64,000 nucleotides of DNA from the human T2T-CHM13v2.0 reference genome, Homo sapiens: the NCBI RefSeq assembly GCF_009914755.1, contig NC_060931.1, one strand, 5' to 3'. The position numbers were made by a program, and so were the translations under genes. Of this stretch, positions 42,001 through 55,701 are shown piece after piece (the first letter of the stretch is position 1; each line of letters begins with the position of its first letter). The notes under the pieces are model-generated. The model was not told the DNA's origin, made no database searches, and saw only the letters and a list, made by a program, of their open reading frames with translations.

Positions 42001-42345
42001 TCCAGTAGTATACTGTATGGATGTATATGTATGTGTGTGTGTGTTTATGTGTGTATCCAGTAGAATGTGTGTATATATATACAAATATATATCCAGTATT
42101 ATATATATATATAATATATATCTCCAGTAGTATGACGGATATCTATATAACATTATATATTATATATCATATATGATAAAAATATTATATATTATATATA
42201 TTTTATTGTGCATTTATACTTCATTTAGTGCTAGGAATGTTTAGAAATGGGAGCCATAATTGAATAAGCTACATGGGGGCATATTATATAAAAATATTAT
42301 ATATTATATTTTTATATTTTATATATAATTATATATGTACACATA
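42001..42345. repeat. TA-rich low-complexity tract with four tccagta motifs, containing the copied 84-bp segment
   Basis: Seen directly. Confidence 0.9.
42200..42283 (+). repeat. 84-bp direct repeat, copy 2 (inside the TA-rich tract)
   Basis: 81/84 identical to 41430-41513. Confidence 0.97.
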
Positions 42346-42603
42346 TTATCCCACGATGACAAGTATTATAATGTATCAGTATTAGATAAGATTGGATAAA
42401 GAAAAACTGCAGGCTTTTATTTGGGAAAAAAATTTCATGTTTGATAGAATTATCTATACCAGTATCTTATAATGTTCCACTAAAACACCAATATTTACAA
42501 ATCTTATTACCCTGAATAACTATAGGCTTACTAGATGACTGGATAACTTAACTAGTTGAATACTAGGTGCTTAATGAAACATGTTAAGATGCATTATAAT
42601 AAG

Positions 42604-42605
<2 letters not shown>

Positions 42606-42647
<42 letters not shown>
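42606..42647. repeat. (GT)21 microsatellite
   Basis: Uninterrupted GT run seen directly. Confidence 0.97.
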
Positions 42648-42648
<1 letters not shown>

Positions 42649-45600
42649 GAGAAAGGAGGGGAATATAGTGAATGTGGGACCACTAGCTCTAGGGCTAGTG
42701 GGGAGGAGGAGGCTGCCAAAGGCACAGAGTCCAGTCTTTTGGTAGCATGGGAGTAAGAACTGGCAAGGATGGAGAAGACAAAGACAAAACATAACCAGCA
42801 TTTCCTACGTTAACAATTTTACTCAAGACAAATCTTACATTCATTTGTTTTTCTTCCATTAGCTGATATAGATTTCACTTTAGGATCAACATTAGATTTG
42901 TATCAATACCCCATTATGTACTTTGAAATAACTTCTTATTAGTGTCTTAAACTTTTTCATGCTATCCACTGAGTCTAGACAAAAGATTTCATGTTCATTG
43001 TATCACTATGTCTCATATTCCAATGGAAAATAAATTAATGATGAGTAACACAGTGCACGTTCAAGTTATGAGTGTACGTATCTATTTAGCAATAAAGATA
43101 TGGCTGATTTGTGTCAAAAGGCAGAGCAAACTGGTTGAAGTAAATGTTACCAAATCCTACATCAAAATTTTATTGATGAAGATACCTTACTCAAACTTGT
43201 TTAAACAAAAAGTGCATGACAAATTTAAGATGAAATTAAGCAAGCCTAATGTCTGATTATAAAGCAAGAATGGTGACATTTGAAAATGATAAGCAATGAT
43301 AAGCAAGGCTGAGAATGAACTAATAAGCTGTCTTTCCTAAAATGTCAACCAATTGCCTATGTGATACATCCTGAGAGTTTTGAAAAACCACCAAATGTTA
43401 ACTGGAGCCAAATTTTCTTAGAATACTGATTTAACATCGTAAGTGTATTTTAATAAACATTATAATTTTATTTCTGAATAACACCTTTTGGTAATCTTTA
43501 TGAAGTAATATTTTAAGTTATTATTAATTAGCATTTAGGCAGAGTCAGACATCACAGTTGATGGGACTTCATATTATTCACCCATAAATACCACACAAGT
43601 CTAACAATCTGAGACTAGTTCATCGAGATGCTGTCAGTAGAATCATTGCTCTATAAACTTTTCTAATTTTTCTCCAGTTGGCAAAATTGCAGCTAGAATT
43701 TTAACACGAAGCCCAAATCTATGTAAGAAAACCATCAACTCTGATTTTCTTTATGGGTGTGATTTCCCTTAACAATGGAATCACTTATTCTGCCACATTT
43801 CACAGCCTAAATAAGGAAGGTAACTCGTGGTAGTTTAGTTGAGCTGGTCCGCTGTGGTCAGACATACTTTGGTATAACTGCCACCAAAATGATGAATGCA
43901 TGGTATTATTATTTTCTTATCAAATCATGTCTAAAGATTTATGTTTAACCTTAGGAAATTGGCTGCTTGCCAAAACCTCTTGGTTGCTGCTAGAGATGTT
44001 GGTTAGCAGGTTTGTCTAAAGCAAACACAGGCCAAGGCAAATTTTCTTCCACCCACAGAGTTTCAGAGGGGTATATCCTGCCTTTTAACTGCCAGGTGAG
44101 GCAAGCAGCCAGACTCCAGTAGGCTTACTAAAGCAGACATATGAAAAAGTTCACCCACTCTGAGGCTAGAGTAATCATTAATCTTTCAACAGAAAATAAA
44201 TACACAAGATGAGGAACTGGTAGCATTTCCCAGTCTGGATGAGGCTGCCAGATCCAGAGGGGTGAACTTGGCTACCCTCAGTAGAATATCCTCTTCCATA
44301 TCTGGCTCCAGTGAGACCAAGGTGGGCACATGAACCAGAGATTTAGTCTCCTCTATTTCCTGTCTTTGTTCCAGGATTAATCTCTCTCTACTTCCTTTTA
44401 AACACACTGTATCTATCCTGAGGCCTTTCCTTTCTCCATTTTCACATCTATGTTTAAGAGATTTTAGAGAAACAGAGAACTGAGATGAACTTGATCACTT
44501 CTGACACCCACATTGATGCTATAATTTTGGAAGCAATTAAAAATATTTAATGACTAAGTTTTCTCCACCTTACAGCTCTACTTCAAGTTTTTCATGGCTT
44601 GCTAGAAACAAGTCAAGGTATAAAGATCTGTGATTTACTACTTCCCCAGGGCCTGTCTTCTTTATAGAAGTATGACTATTACAATATTCTAGTTAAGTCC
44701 AAAAACTATCTCTTTATCTAAATTAAATTATACATGACTCTGAGACTCCACTAAACAGAAAGGAGGAGTTTCAGTCGTGTGCATTATTGAGATTTTTTTC
44801 CCTCTCTAGAGAGTCTAGAGATCTTTAGAGTCTTTTATATCTAGAAAGAGTATTTGGTAAGTGGATCCTTTGGTCTTTGGTCCACCTGGTCACCTCTGTT
44901 AATATTTGTAGTCCCAGGCTGCATAATCCCTTAAGAAGTTGTCAATTCTCTGCCGTTTCTAAAACTTGAGCACTGAGATTCTTACTGAGGCTGACAGCCT
45001 TAGTGCCTAGCACACTAATATGTTGTTCCTAAATACACCACGCAGCCTTTTCCTCTTAGGTATGACTGCATGCCTGAAGCAAGGAAAATAAGAGTCCTCA
45101 CTACTCCCAGATGCTCCAACTCTGACCTGGGTCCAATAAGGACCTATCTTATTCACAAATTCTATTCCTCCCTCTCCTCCTCTGGGCATAAACTCTCAAC
45201 ATTTAGGATTTAGAGAACAAAATCCAGGAAGAAGTCGAGCAACTTTCTCTTTCAGCCTATCACAACATATGCTCCAAAGACAAAGAAGCCCAAAGGCCTG
45301 GCTACCATCTGGGAATTTGCAAGTATGCAAATAAGAAGGACAAAACAGAAACTAATATCTCATATTAAACAATATTTCATCTCCAACCAAATAGAAACTT
45401 TTGATACTGGAATTCTACATAATGAAAACTCAATTTTTGAGTTATATGGAAACATTCATATCAACATTTTATACCAATTTATATTTGTATAGCTCTTTAA
45501 TTGACATTATACTTTAACATGTTATCTCATTTAACGTCTCAACAAACTAGCACTACTCTTATCTCTATTCAAGCACAACTTTTACATATCATAAAGGCTA

Positions 45601-47084
45601 TTTGCTAATTATAAATGGAACAGCCCATCCATCAGATGGACCTGAGTTAGAGTCCTGGTTTTACCATCTATTAGTCTGATTATCAAATCCAATTATGCTT
45701 TTCCTGTCTTTGACATTTGTCACTATTTTCCTTTACACACAAACATGGCTTCTTTAATGATTTATTTTTCATTTTAAATATACTTTTATCCCATTCGTAT
45801 CATTAAAATTGAATGGAACCTGTGCTCATATTTAGGTATTTCATCAATTTCCATTGAATCATTATTGTCTCTGTATCTAATGTCTAACTCACCTTTTCTT
45901 AATTCTATATCCATAGGACATTTTCACCAATATTACTATTAAAGATAAACAGTAAAATGTAAACATGTAAAAATGACTTTATCCACTTATTTTCATCTTC
46001 TGCTAGATCCCAGACAAGTATACTAAAAGTTCTAGGCTTCCTCATGAGTGTCAGCAACATGAGTGCTTTTTCATTTTTCCATAATCTAATCATTATGAGG
46101 TTAAACCCATTCTTTCTTCCCTTTTCTTCTGTGCATTTATGGCCGTAACAGTTTCAGCTCAGCAATGAATGGCAAATAATCATATTTAGGAGTTTCATTT
46201 CCAAAATCAATCTTTTTCTAGGTTAAAGCATCCACATTATTAACATTGGCATGTCAAAATACCCTCGTCTATCCTGCAGTAAATTTCTTTAGTCCATAAT
46301 TTTTGCAATGTAAAAACCACAGTTTTATTTACGCCATTTGAGGTTACACAAATCAATCCACAAAAAAATATGTTAAAGAAACATCGTAAGCCAAGAAAAT
46401 CAACTGTCTTCATTCATCTAATCTGCTTCGATATTAAACACATATGGTATTGACTATATAGGTCGCCTATCATTTAGAGAACGGATAACACCCACATTCA
46501 CAATTGCTTTAGACAGATGGTATTTTGTGTTGATCCAAATCCTTGTTTTGAAGAACTAATCAAATTGTTATGATCTTACAATGGTTATTCTATCCATTTC
46601 CAGTAAGCTAACTTCTGAATTCCTGTGCATGTGTGTGGCACCCAGTGATATCAGTGGAATGCTGACATATATAGTAAGGCATGAACAGGCATTACTTCAT
46701 TTCAACATTTTATATGAGTCTGCTCCAATTAGGGGAAATTAGGGTTGTTGCTCTTCCTTCTTCACCATTGTTGATTTTTAAAAAATTGTGGCATATCTTT
46801 TTCAAAAGGTAAACAAAATAATACATTCTAAATGTAAATGAGAAGCTATTATCTGACATTCATTTATTGAGAAAACACATGCCATTTAAAGAGAATTTTT
46901 GTTTTGTTTTGTTTATATTACAGAATATCCACCAGTTTTAGCATCTTACTCTATTATTGTATCCATTATTTTATCATCTACTCATCAGAAAATTCATTTC
47001 TATATCAAGAAGTTCTGATAAGATGACCAAGAGAAACTCCAACCATTTCCTGGAATCATTAATCTGTGACACTGTACAAGAGAG

Positions 47085-47950
47085 TTGGTAAATATATGAG
47101 AAGTCCCACACATCAACAAGAAAAATGCAAACATCCCACTAGAAAAAATAGGCAAGAAATATGATTAGACTTTCACAAAAGAGGACATACATTTCAATAC
47201 ACATATAAAAAGTTTTCAACCTCATTAGTAATAAAAGTATAACATAATTAAAACCTCAATGAGTTATTTTAGATGCATCAGATTGGAAAAAAATTAAAAA
47301 TCAAAGTACTAAGTGTTGGTAAACATGTGGATGAAGGGGAATACTCACATTGTCTGTTGGTAGAACTATAAGTTGTAATAGCCTTTGGAAAAGTGTGGCA
47401 TTATCTAAACATTCATCCATATACCCTATGACCTACCAATTCACTTCTAAGTATACACACTAAAGAAATGGTTTTACATGTTTCTAATACCAAAAAAAAT
47501 ACTGAAAACAGCCTAAATGTTCATCGAAAGAAAAGTGGCTTTATGGACTTACGAATCTGGCATATAATCACCATGTTGGAAAAATAACAAAATATAGCTA
47601 CTCTCAACAGTGTGAAAGAGTCTTCAAAACTTCATATTGATTGCAATAAAAACACATAGCTGAAAAACACTTAGATGATAATACTGCTATTATAAAGTAC
47701 CAAACCAAGCAAAATCAAACTATTTAAGAACAATTTTTTAAACAAAACAATAAGAGTGATAAATATAAAATTCAAGATAGTGATACCCCTTGAAAGGAAT
47801 GAGGAGGATGAGACAGAGAGAGAACACACAGGTAGATGTCACAGAACAGTGAAGGTTTTAGATCTTTAAGTGTGAAATAGGCTCACAGGTATATATGTTT
47901 TATGATTTATAGTATAATTTACTCATACTAAAACATTTGAATACATGAAC
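47085..47950 (+). mobile_element. L1ME-type LINE-1 3' fragment
   Basis: Degenerate ORF2 end (ttcacaaaagaggac...caacctcattagtaat...taccctatgacctaccaattcacttctaagtat) and ME-type 3' UTR. Confidence 0.75.
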
Positions 47951-48017
47951 AATAACAGAACTCAGAGCATCATTTTCCTTAGACTTTTTATAAAATATGA
48001 TCAATAATAATCTTGGA

Positions 48018-48183
48018 GCAGACTTTCCCAGGCTCAACACTATTGACATTTTGGCTCAGATAATTTTTTGGGGTGTGGGGCTATCTTGTGCTTTGCAGGA
48101 CATGTAGCAGCATCCCTAGCCTCTACCTGCTAGTTGCCAATAGAAAGCTCCCAGATGTGACAATCAAAAATGTCTCCAAATAT
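48018..48183. mobile_element. MER20 (partial)
   Basis: cactattgacattttgg...agcagcatccctagcctctacc...gtgacaatcaaaaatgtctcca. Confidence 0.85.
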
Positions 48184-48454
48184 AGAACATAAAAAACCTC
48201 AGTGTTGCCACTATTAGACGCACTCTAACATCTACACATTATATTTTATATTAGACATATTTTTAATTGTCACAATGTCTTTGTATTATACATGAAAAAT
48301 GACTCAAAAGTCTGCAAATACCATGCACTTTTAATGCCCTACCATAGTTCTGACCCTGAAAAACATATATACTCCCTCACTCTTTCATAAACTTGCACAG
48401 ATTATTTTATCAGGAATAGCTTCTGTCTCTGCTTAGGTTACTGCCGTCCTACAT

Positions 48455-49542
48455 TGTTGCAGGAAGTCAGGGACCCTGAACAGAGGGACCGGCTGGAGCC
48501 ACGGCAGAGGAACATAAATTGTGAAGATTTCATGGACATTTATCAGTTCCCAAATAATACTTTTATAATTTCTTATGCCTGTCTTTACTTTTATCTCTTA
48601 ATCCTGTTATCTTGATATGCTGAGGATGTACATCACCTCAAGACCACTGTGATAATTGTGTTAACTGTACAAATTGATTGTAAAGCATGTGTGTTTGAAC
48701 AATATGAAATCAGTGCACCTTGAAAAAGAACAGAATAACAGCAATTTTTAGGGAACAAGAGAAGATAACCACAAGGTCTGACTAACCGCGGGGTTGGGCA
48801 AAAAGAGCCATATTTTTCTTCTTGCAGAGAGCCTATAAACAGATGTGCAAGTAGGGAAGATATTGCTAAATTCTTTTCCTAGCAAGAAATATTATTATTA
48901 ATACCCTGGGAAAGGAATGCATTCCTGGTGGGAGGTCTATAAATGGCTGCTCTGGGAATATCTGTCTTATGCGGTTGAGATAAGGACTGAGATACACGCC
49001 CTGGTATCCTGCAGTACCCTCAGGCTTACTAGGGTGGCGAAAAACTCCACCCTGGCAAATTTGTGGTCAGACTGGTTCTCTGCTCTTGAACCCTGTTTTC
49101 TGTTATTTAAGATATTTATCAAGACAATACATGCACTGCTGAACATAGAACCTTATCAGTAGTTCTGCTTTTGCCCTTTGCCTTGTGATCTTTGTTGGAC
49201 CCTTATCAGTAGTTCTGCTTTTGCCCTTTGTCCTGTTCCCTCAGAAGCATGTGATCTTTGTTAGACTCTTATTAGTAGTTCTGCTTTTTGCCCTTTGAAG
49301 CATGTGATCTTTGTACCTACTCCTGTTCTTATACCCTCTCCCCTTTTGAAAACCTTAATAAAAACTTGCTGGCTTGGGGCTCAGGTGGGCATCACAGTCC
49401 TACCGATAGGTGATGTCACCCCTGGCGGCCCATCGGTAAAATTCCTCTCTTTATACTGTCTCTCTTTATTTCTCGGCCAGCCGACACTTATGGAAAATAG
49501 AAAGAACCTACGTTGAAATATTGGGGGTGGGTTCCCCCAATA
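48455..49542 (+). mobile_element. MER11 solo LTR (HERV-K11/HML-8, ERVK)
   Basis: tgttgcaggaagtcagggaccc...gggttcccccaata; 6-bp TSD ctacat / ctgcat; three internal ccttatcagtagttctgcttttgccctttg-type repeats. Confidence 0.92.
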
Positions 49543-49547
49543 CTGCA

Positions 49548-49706
49548 TAGTCTCTTTCCTCCTCCATACATCCATGTATAACTCCCTACAGTCCTCCACT
49601 TAGCAGTCATCCACACTCACAATTTTAGTCTCTTTCCTCCTCTATGCACCCACACATAACTCCCTACAGTCCTCCACTTTGTACTCATCCACATGCTTAC
49701 AATTTT
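49548..49706. repeat. 78-bp tandem duplication (two diverged copies)
   Basis: tagtctctttcctcct...ataactccctacagtcctccactt...tcatccaca...acaatttt starting at 49548 and 49626. Confidence 0.9.
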
Positions 49707-50978
49707 ATACATATATACAAACAGATATAGATACATATATACACATACATTTGCACACTCATCCATCTGGTTTCTTCCAGTTAATTTCCTCAGGGCTAGT
49801 ACCATGCTTTCTTCAATTTTATATTACCAAACCTTAGCTTAATATCTGGCCTCGGTGAGTAATCAATACATGCTTGTTGAATATATACGGATGAATAAAT
49901 GAATGAATTAACTTTGGGGCTTTTAGGGACCTCAAAACAACTAACTAGGGTTAACTAAAAGGTTTTGGCATTATTTTTGTTCAAAAATTAACATTTTGTT
50001 TAAGATTTTCTTTTTATATTTTTGTAAGTTTATTTTCACATAGACAAAGTTGTCAATCCTAGTTCATAAGTCAAATAAAAAAATCTTCAGTGACTCATTG
50101 AAGAGCTATGTGTCTCTGTTAGGTCAAAATGTTTATATTTTTATTATGTAAATTTCCAAAAATATGCAAGAGTTGAGAGGCTAGTACTATGAATCTATAC
50201 TCACCTATCATTCAAATCTAAATGTTATCAAGATTTTGCTCTAATTGCTTTCCCTATCCTTTTTAACTTTTTAAAAAATTTGCTGAATTATTAATTCAAA
50301 AGCCCATTTATCTGAAGTATTTCATTGCTGCATACTTAAGTATGTAATGCTAAAATAATTTAATATGTTAAGAATATATTCTCATAGTTACATATTTAAA
50401 ATAAGAAATATGTATAATGAGTTGTTTACAGCATGTGTTTACCCTAAATTCATGTACATTGTACATGGATTTTCACCTTTTTATATTTTTACATTTCATG
50501 ACCAAAGTAACAATTACTGATTTTCTATTTAAAAATTGGTATACAAAATCCATACTATCTTCTAAAATTTCAACAGTAATCTTAAATCAGGATTTTCAAA
50601 CTTCAAATAGTAAGCAATGGAAAAATGAGTCCTCATAGAAAAGTTGAAACCAAATGACTTGAAATGAGGTAGCACTCGTATTCCTCCAGGCCTTTGGGTA
50701 AAGATACGTGCACGCAATACTGCTTTCGATTTCTACATAGAGCTAAGACAATCTTTCTGACCGTTCTAGAGATGTAGACACATTCAACAAAATTGGAGAG
50801 GAAAAGATGATAGGGGCAGTTTTTTTTAACCCAGTGTACAAAAGAGTATGTCAACAGTTTCCAAATGTAGTAATGTAATATCAAAAGAAGAAAAAGTCTC
50901 CTTTGAATTTTTCTTTTCAATTACAGAACATTTACTTTATAACAAGATTACTAACACTTTAAAGACATGTGCTTCTCT

Positions 50979-51341
<363 letters not shown>

Positions 51342-51545
51342 TTAACTATAAGTGCAGGAATTATTCATTATAGAGAATAGGTGCAGTCTTGAATTTCATT
51401 AAGTACTGCTTTTCTTACTATTATTTATTGTAGACCAAAAATGCATTTTACCCAAAAATAAAAAATAAAAATTCGCCCTGACCTGAGATATAGAAGTAAA
51501 TCCATCTAATGCTAGCTTGCTTTCTGCATCAAAAAGTTGAAGTGT

Positions 51546-51614
51546 CCCAGACGTCACCAGTACATAATATATGCATGTAACACAACTGCACTTGTGCCGC
51601 TAAATCTATTTTTT
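51546..51614 (+). mobile_element. Very short 5'-truncated L1 (L1PB/L1MA-type) 3' end
   Basis: cccagacgtcaccagtac...atgtaacacaactgcacttgt...taaatcta; flanking direct repeat gttgaagtg at 51536-51544 and 51619-51627. Confidence 0.75.
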
Positions 51615-52644
51615 AAATGTTGAAGTGAATTGATGTGTTACTTTTTTCTTTTTTCTCTCTCCCATTTAAATAGGCTTAAAAAATAAAGCACATGGTAGAA
51701 GTCACAGCATTTAATTGTCTCACCATAAAGATAAAAGCATGTGTTTTATTAGATAAAATTGTCACATCCTGGATTATTCCTACTCTCTATGCTATTCATC
51801 TACGACTTTCTCCCACTAGAGGCAAACGTATTTTCCATGTCTACAATGAGGCTTAAAGAAGTTGAGGTAAAGTGTGATTGCGATTTGCCCATCTCTTGTT
51901 ACAAATCAGCAAATCAATAGACTCCTAATATTTGGAGAAAAAAGGTACCTAGAAATGCTCCAGCTTAATTCTTTCTAACAATTGGATCTGTCTGGCATCT
52001 TCATGATGCCTTCTAATTTTTTTCTCTGAACATACTAATTTATTTTATACTTTAGCAAATTCTATTTGCTGTTCCTTGATTCAAATTCATGCTCGGTAGC
52101 ATGGGTCAGCTCATTATTATCCTCTCATCCATGGACATTTAAGAACTAAGAATGTGGAGACCTTACTAAGGAATTTCCACACAGAGAGGGTCTATGTCAT
52201 ACCTCCAGCATTTTCTCTGACAACCTCTTTTTCAAACTGTATACTTTTTAACTTCTGTTTTTGCTCCATATAATTGCCCTTAATCCAAATTCTAATAAAT
52301 GAGAAAGCACTAACTGCATTTTCTCTGTTCTCTTTCCAGTATAACAGGAAATGTTCATAAACATTTATATGTTTACATTATATGTTTATGAACATGTTAT
52401 ACGTTTTTATATGTTCAGAAACTTACTGATTTTCATGTAGGTAACATGAAATTGTTTTTTAAAAAGGACATTCTCCCTCCACTGCCTGCACTTACCTTCG
52501 CTTTTTGAGATAACTATTGATAATACTTTAGCATATATCTTTGGAAAATATGCTTTCCAGGTTGCCAACGACTTTGCATAGATATTACATATGTCCATGC
52601 AAATAACCTGTATTATCAACACTAAATGCCTACTGCTAGTATTA

Positions 52645-52762
52645 GTCATTCATTCAATAGCTATATATGGAGCCCCTTATTAAATGCCAGGTCGTTTTAA
52701 GAGTCATAATACATTAGTGAACAAAACAGACAATGATTCATGCTATCATGTATGTTACATTT
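52645..52762 (-). mobile_element. L2 3' end
   Basis: cattcattcaatag...tgccagg...gtgaacaaaacagac...gttacatt. Confidence 0.7.
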
Positions 52763-52981
52763 CGTGAGAAAATTGTGTTTAGAAAAAGACCTAGACATTG
52801 AGGGGCCAGGGAACAAGTTGTCAATTTTAATGACTATATCTTGTTTAATATAGTATAAACAGTGGAAGCATTTGTAGGTACAAGTAGCAGGCATGCCATA
52901 ATGGTGTAGATTGCCATCTGGGGATCTCAAGTAAATTATTATAAGATGCAAATTTATAATCTGACTTAGGAATTAGTTTAC

Positions 52982-53369
52982 TGCTACAGCTTGAATGTTT
53001 GTGTCCTCTCCAAAACTTACGTTGAAACTTAATCCCCAGTGAAACAGTATTAAGAGGTCTGGTCATTGGGAGGTCATTAGGTCATGAGGGTTCTGCCCTC
53101 ATGAAAGGATTCGAGCCTTACAAAAGGGCTGGAGGAGACAAGTCAGGCCCTTTCTGGCCCTTTTACCTTTCCATCCTCACCTTGGACTTGTGAGGACACA
53201 GTGTTCAAGGCACCATCTCAGAAGCAAAGACTAGGATCTTACCAGACACCAAACCTGCCAGAGTTTGATCTTTGACTTCCAGCCTCCAGAACTAAGAAAC
53301 AAATTCATGTTCTTTATAAATTACCCAGTCTCAGGTATTTTGTTATAGCAGCATAAACCAATTAAGACA
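52982..53369 (+). mobile_element. MST-family (MSTC/MSTD-like) solo LTR (ERVL-MaLR)
   Basis: tgctacagcttgaatg...ttctttataaattacccagtctcaggtattttgttatagcagca...taagaca; perfect 5-bp TSD tttac. Confidence 0.88.
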
Positions 53370-55701
53370 TTTACAGAGTTTATAAATTACTGAATAAATG
53401 TAAGGAATATAATATATTGAAGATCAAAAGTCTTATGTCAAAGTATTTTATTTGAAAATGAATATTCTTTTTATTACTAAATTTATGTAACAAGTATGTT
53501 TATAATATTTCTTCAATTAAATGCTTTGGCATTAAAATGAACCTTACTAATTTTTACTGTACAGATAAAAGGAATTTATATGAATCTATAAAAATATATA
53601 AAATAAAAATTATTACTATTATGCTTATTAAAAATAAGTATCAACATAAATATTGATCAATAATTCAAACTAATTAACAAAGCACATCAAAATAGGATTT
53701 TATTTTAATCAATGCTCTTATTATGGTAAAACAACTAAAATTAATTTATAAACGTTTCAGTGTTCATTATTTCCAATGTAAAAATATTAAAGGAAAACCA
53801 GTTGCCAAAGATCTTTTCATTAATATTTTAAACTAATATTAGTTATTTGAAACAAAGCATTAGTTAATATTTGACAAGGTATTCAAAAAATCATTTCACA
53901 GGTTTTTATAAATTAAAACAATGAATTTAACTCTATATTATGTCAGTAAAGATGCTAACAATTACACAAAGAAAATATATTCCTCCTTCCTACCGATTCT
54001 TTAGAAGAATGAGATTACTATTATCAGCAGCTTATGTCTCGACTTCAGCCTAACAGCAAGCTAGCTCAATGTGCATCCCTCTAAGAATTGCTCTAAGAAT
54101 TATACTTGGAAGAAGGTAGGAAGCAAACTTCAGTTTTATTCCTAGGTATAGGACATTAGCACTTTGTCCAAAATGTACACAATAGGCTTCCAAAATATTT
54201 AGCTTCTCATTTGCACATATGCCCAAGAAAGGCTGTAAAACCCAGTACAATGGCTTTTCTATTTGAACATGATCCAGAAGGATAAATGTTCCTTCTGTGT
54301 ACCCAGGTTATAGGAAACATTTGAGGACCTTTTCCAATTAAGTTATCCATTGATTTGTTGTGTAACATATATTCCTAATAATAGCTTTCATAATATTTGT
54401 AATTTAACAATCTGGGAGAGGAGATACAATGTAGTAAACAATTTCAGTAAATGGTGGGGCAAAGCCTTGAGATAACTAGAGATGTATATATATTTTTTAA
54501 AGACAAAGATTGGAAGAAATCACCAAAGATGCCATGTTCTGCCACATTGCTGTGAGCAATGATTCAAATAATTATGTATGTGAAAAACATACCAGCCTTG
54601 ATTTTTCAAAATGCACATTTTTCATATTGTTTGAATTTACAGGAACTGGCACCAAGGTTTTACTGAATAATTTTGTGGTCTACTGTGCTACTGGTATTTG
54701 GTTTCAAAAGACAAATACAGGGGTGCTTAAAGAGCATTTATTTAGTAATTTCTCTTTAAAATTTAAACTGTGTCATTTCAGGAGGAAAACAGAAATAAAC
54801 ATCCATTTTTCAAAAAGTACAGTTGTCAAATTATGAAGGAAGAAGAAAATAATAGACCTATTAATATCAGTAAAGATGTATTCCAGATGCATTTTTAAAA
54901 TTATGGTTACATTTCAGATATGAACCAACTATTTTAGTATATTTTAATAAAAATATGGCTAAGAAGCAATGCTACAATGACAAACCACAATAAAATGAGA
55001 TAATAAAACTACTTTAACAACCTAATATTGAAAGATTAAAACTCCTACCTTAAGTGTTATTAGGAATAACTAATAGTGTGTCATGTCACTACAAAAATCA
55101 AATTTTTAACAAATACAAATATTTTAGTGAAAAAAGAAATACAATATAAATCAAATATAAGATTTAAATTTGGCTCCCCTTTTTGCTTTCCCTAAATGGC
55201 TAACTCTAGCTAACTCATCAATTGAAAATGATGTTTTTTGACCTTTTTCAGTCCATACATTTCAAATAGAGTATAATTTTAACCAGCTACATTGTTGGCT
55301 GAAGATTAAAAACCATTTTGGTGTTGTGTTAATTATAAATAAAGCACCAATAATTGGTGCTCATCTTTGACTGGATCAATTTTGATGTAGCAGGAACAGT
55401 ATTGGACTTGGAGCTGAGAACAAGTCCAAATCTTTGCTAGGACAGTTGCTAACTGCAGGAGTTCAACAAAGCTACCTGCTTGAGCCTTGGTTTCTTCTCC
55501 CATAGAAGGATAGCTTTAACAAATGGTATTTGACAAGATTGAAAGGTGATATATACAAGGCTCCAGCATTGTGCAACCATAAAAAGTCATGGAATGGAAG
55601 TCATCTTAAATGTTTTGTTATATCCATATTTGTTTTAATATTCTAAGTATTATTACTGTCAGGAAATAACACTTTTAAAACAGGAGAAAAAATAGTAGTG
55701 T

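Noticed and set aside
43700-46800. Repeat-poor stretches that might hold conserved non-coding elements
   Set aside because: Conservation cannot be judged from one sequence, and I found no specific structure or motif cluster.
49151-49297. Three ~30-bp direct repeats with variable spacers, superficially CRISPR-like
   Set aside because: They lie inside the MER11 LTR, which carries such internal repeats; the spacers are related to each other; the DNA is primate and has no cas genes.
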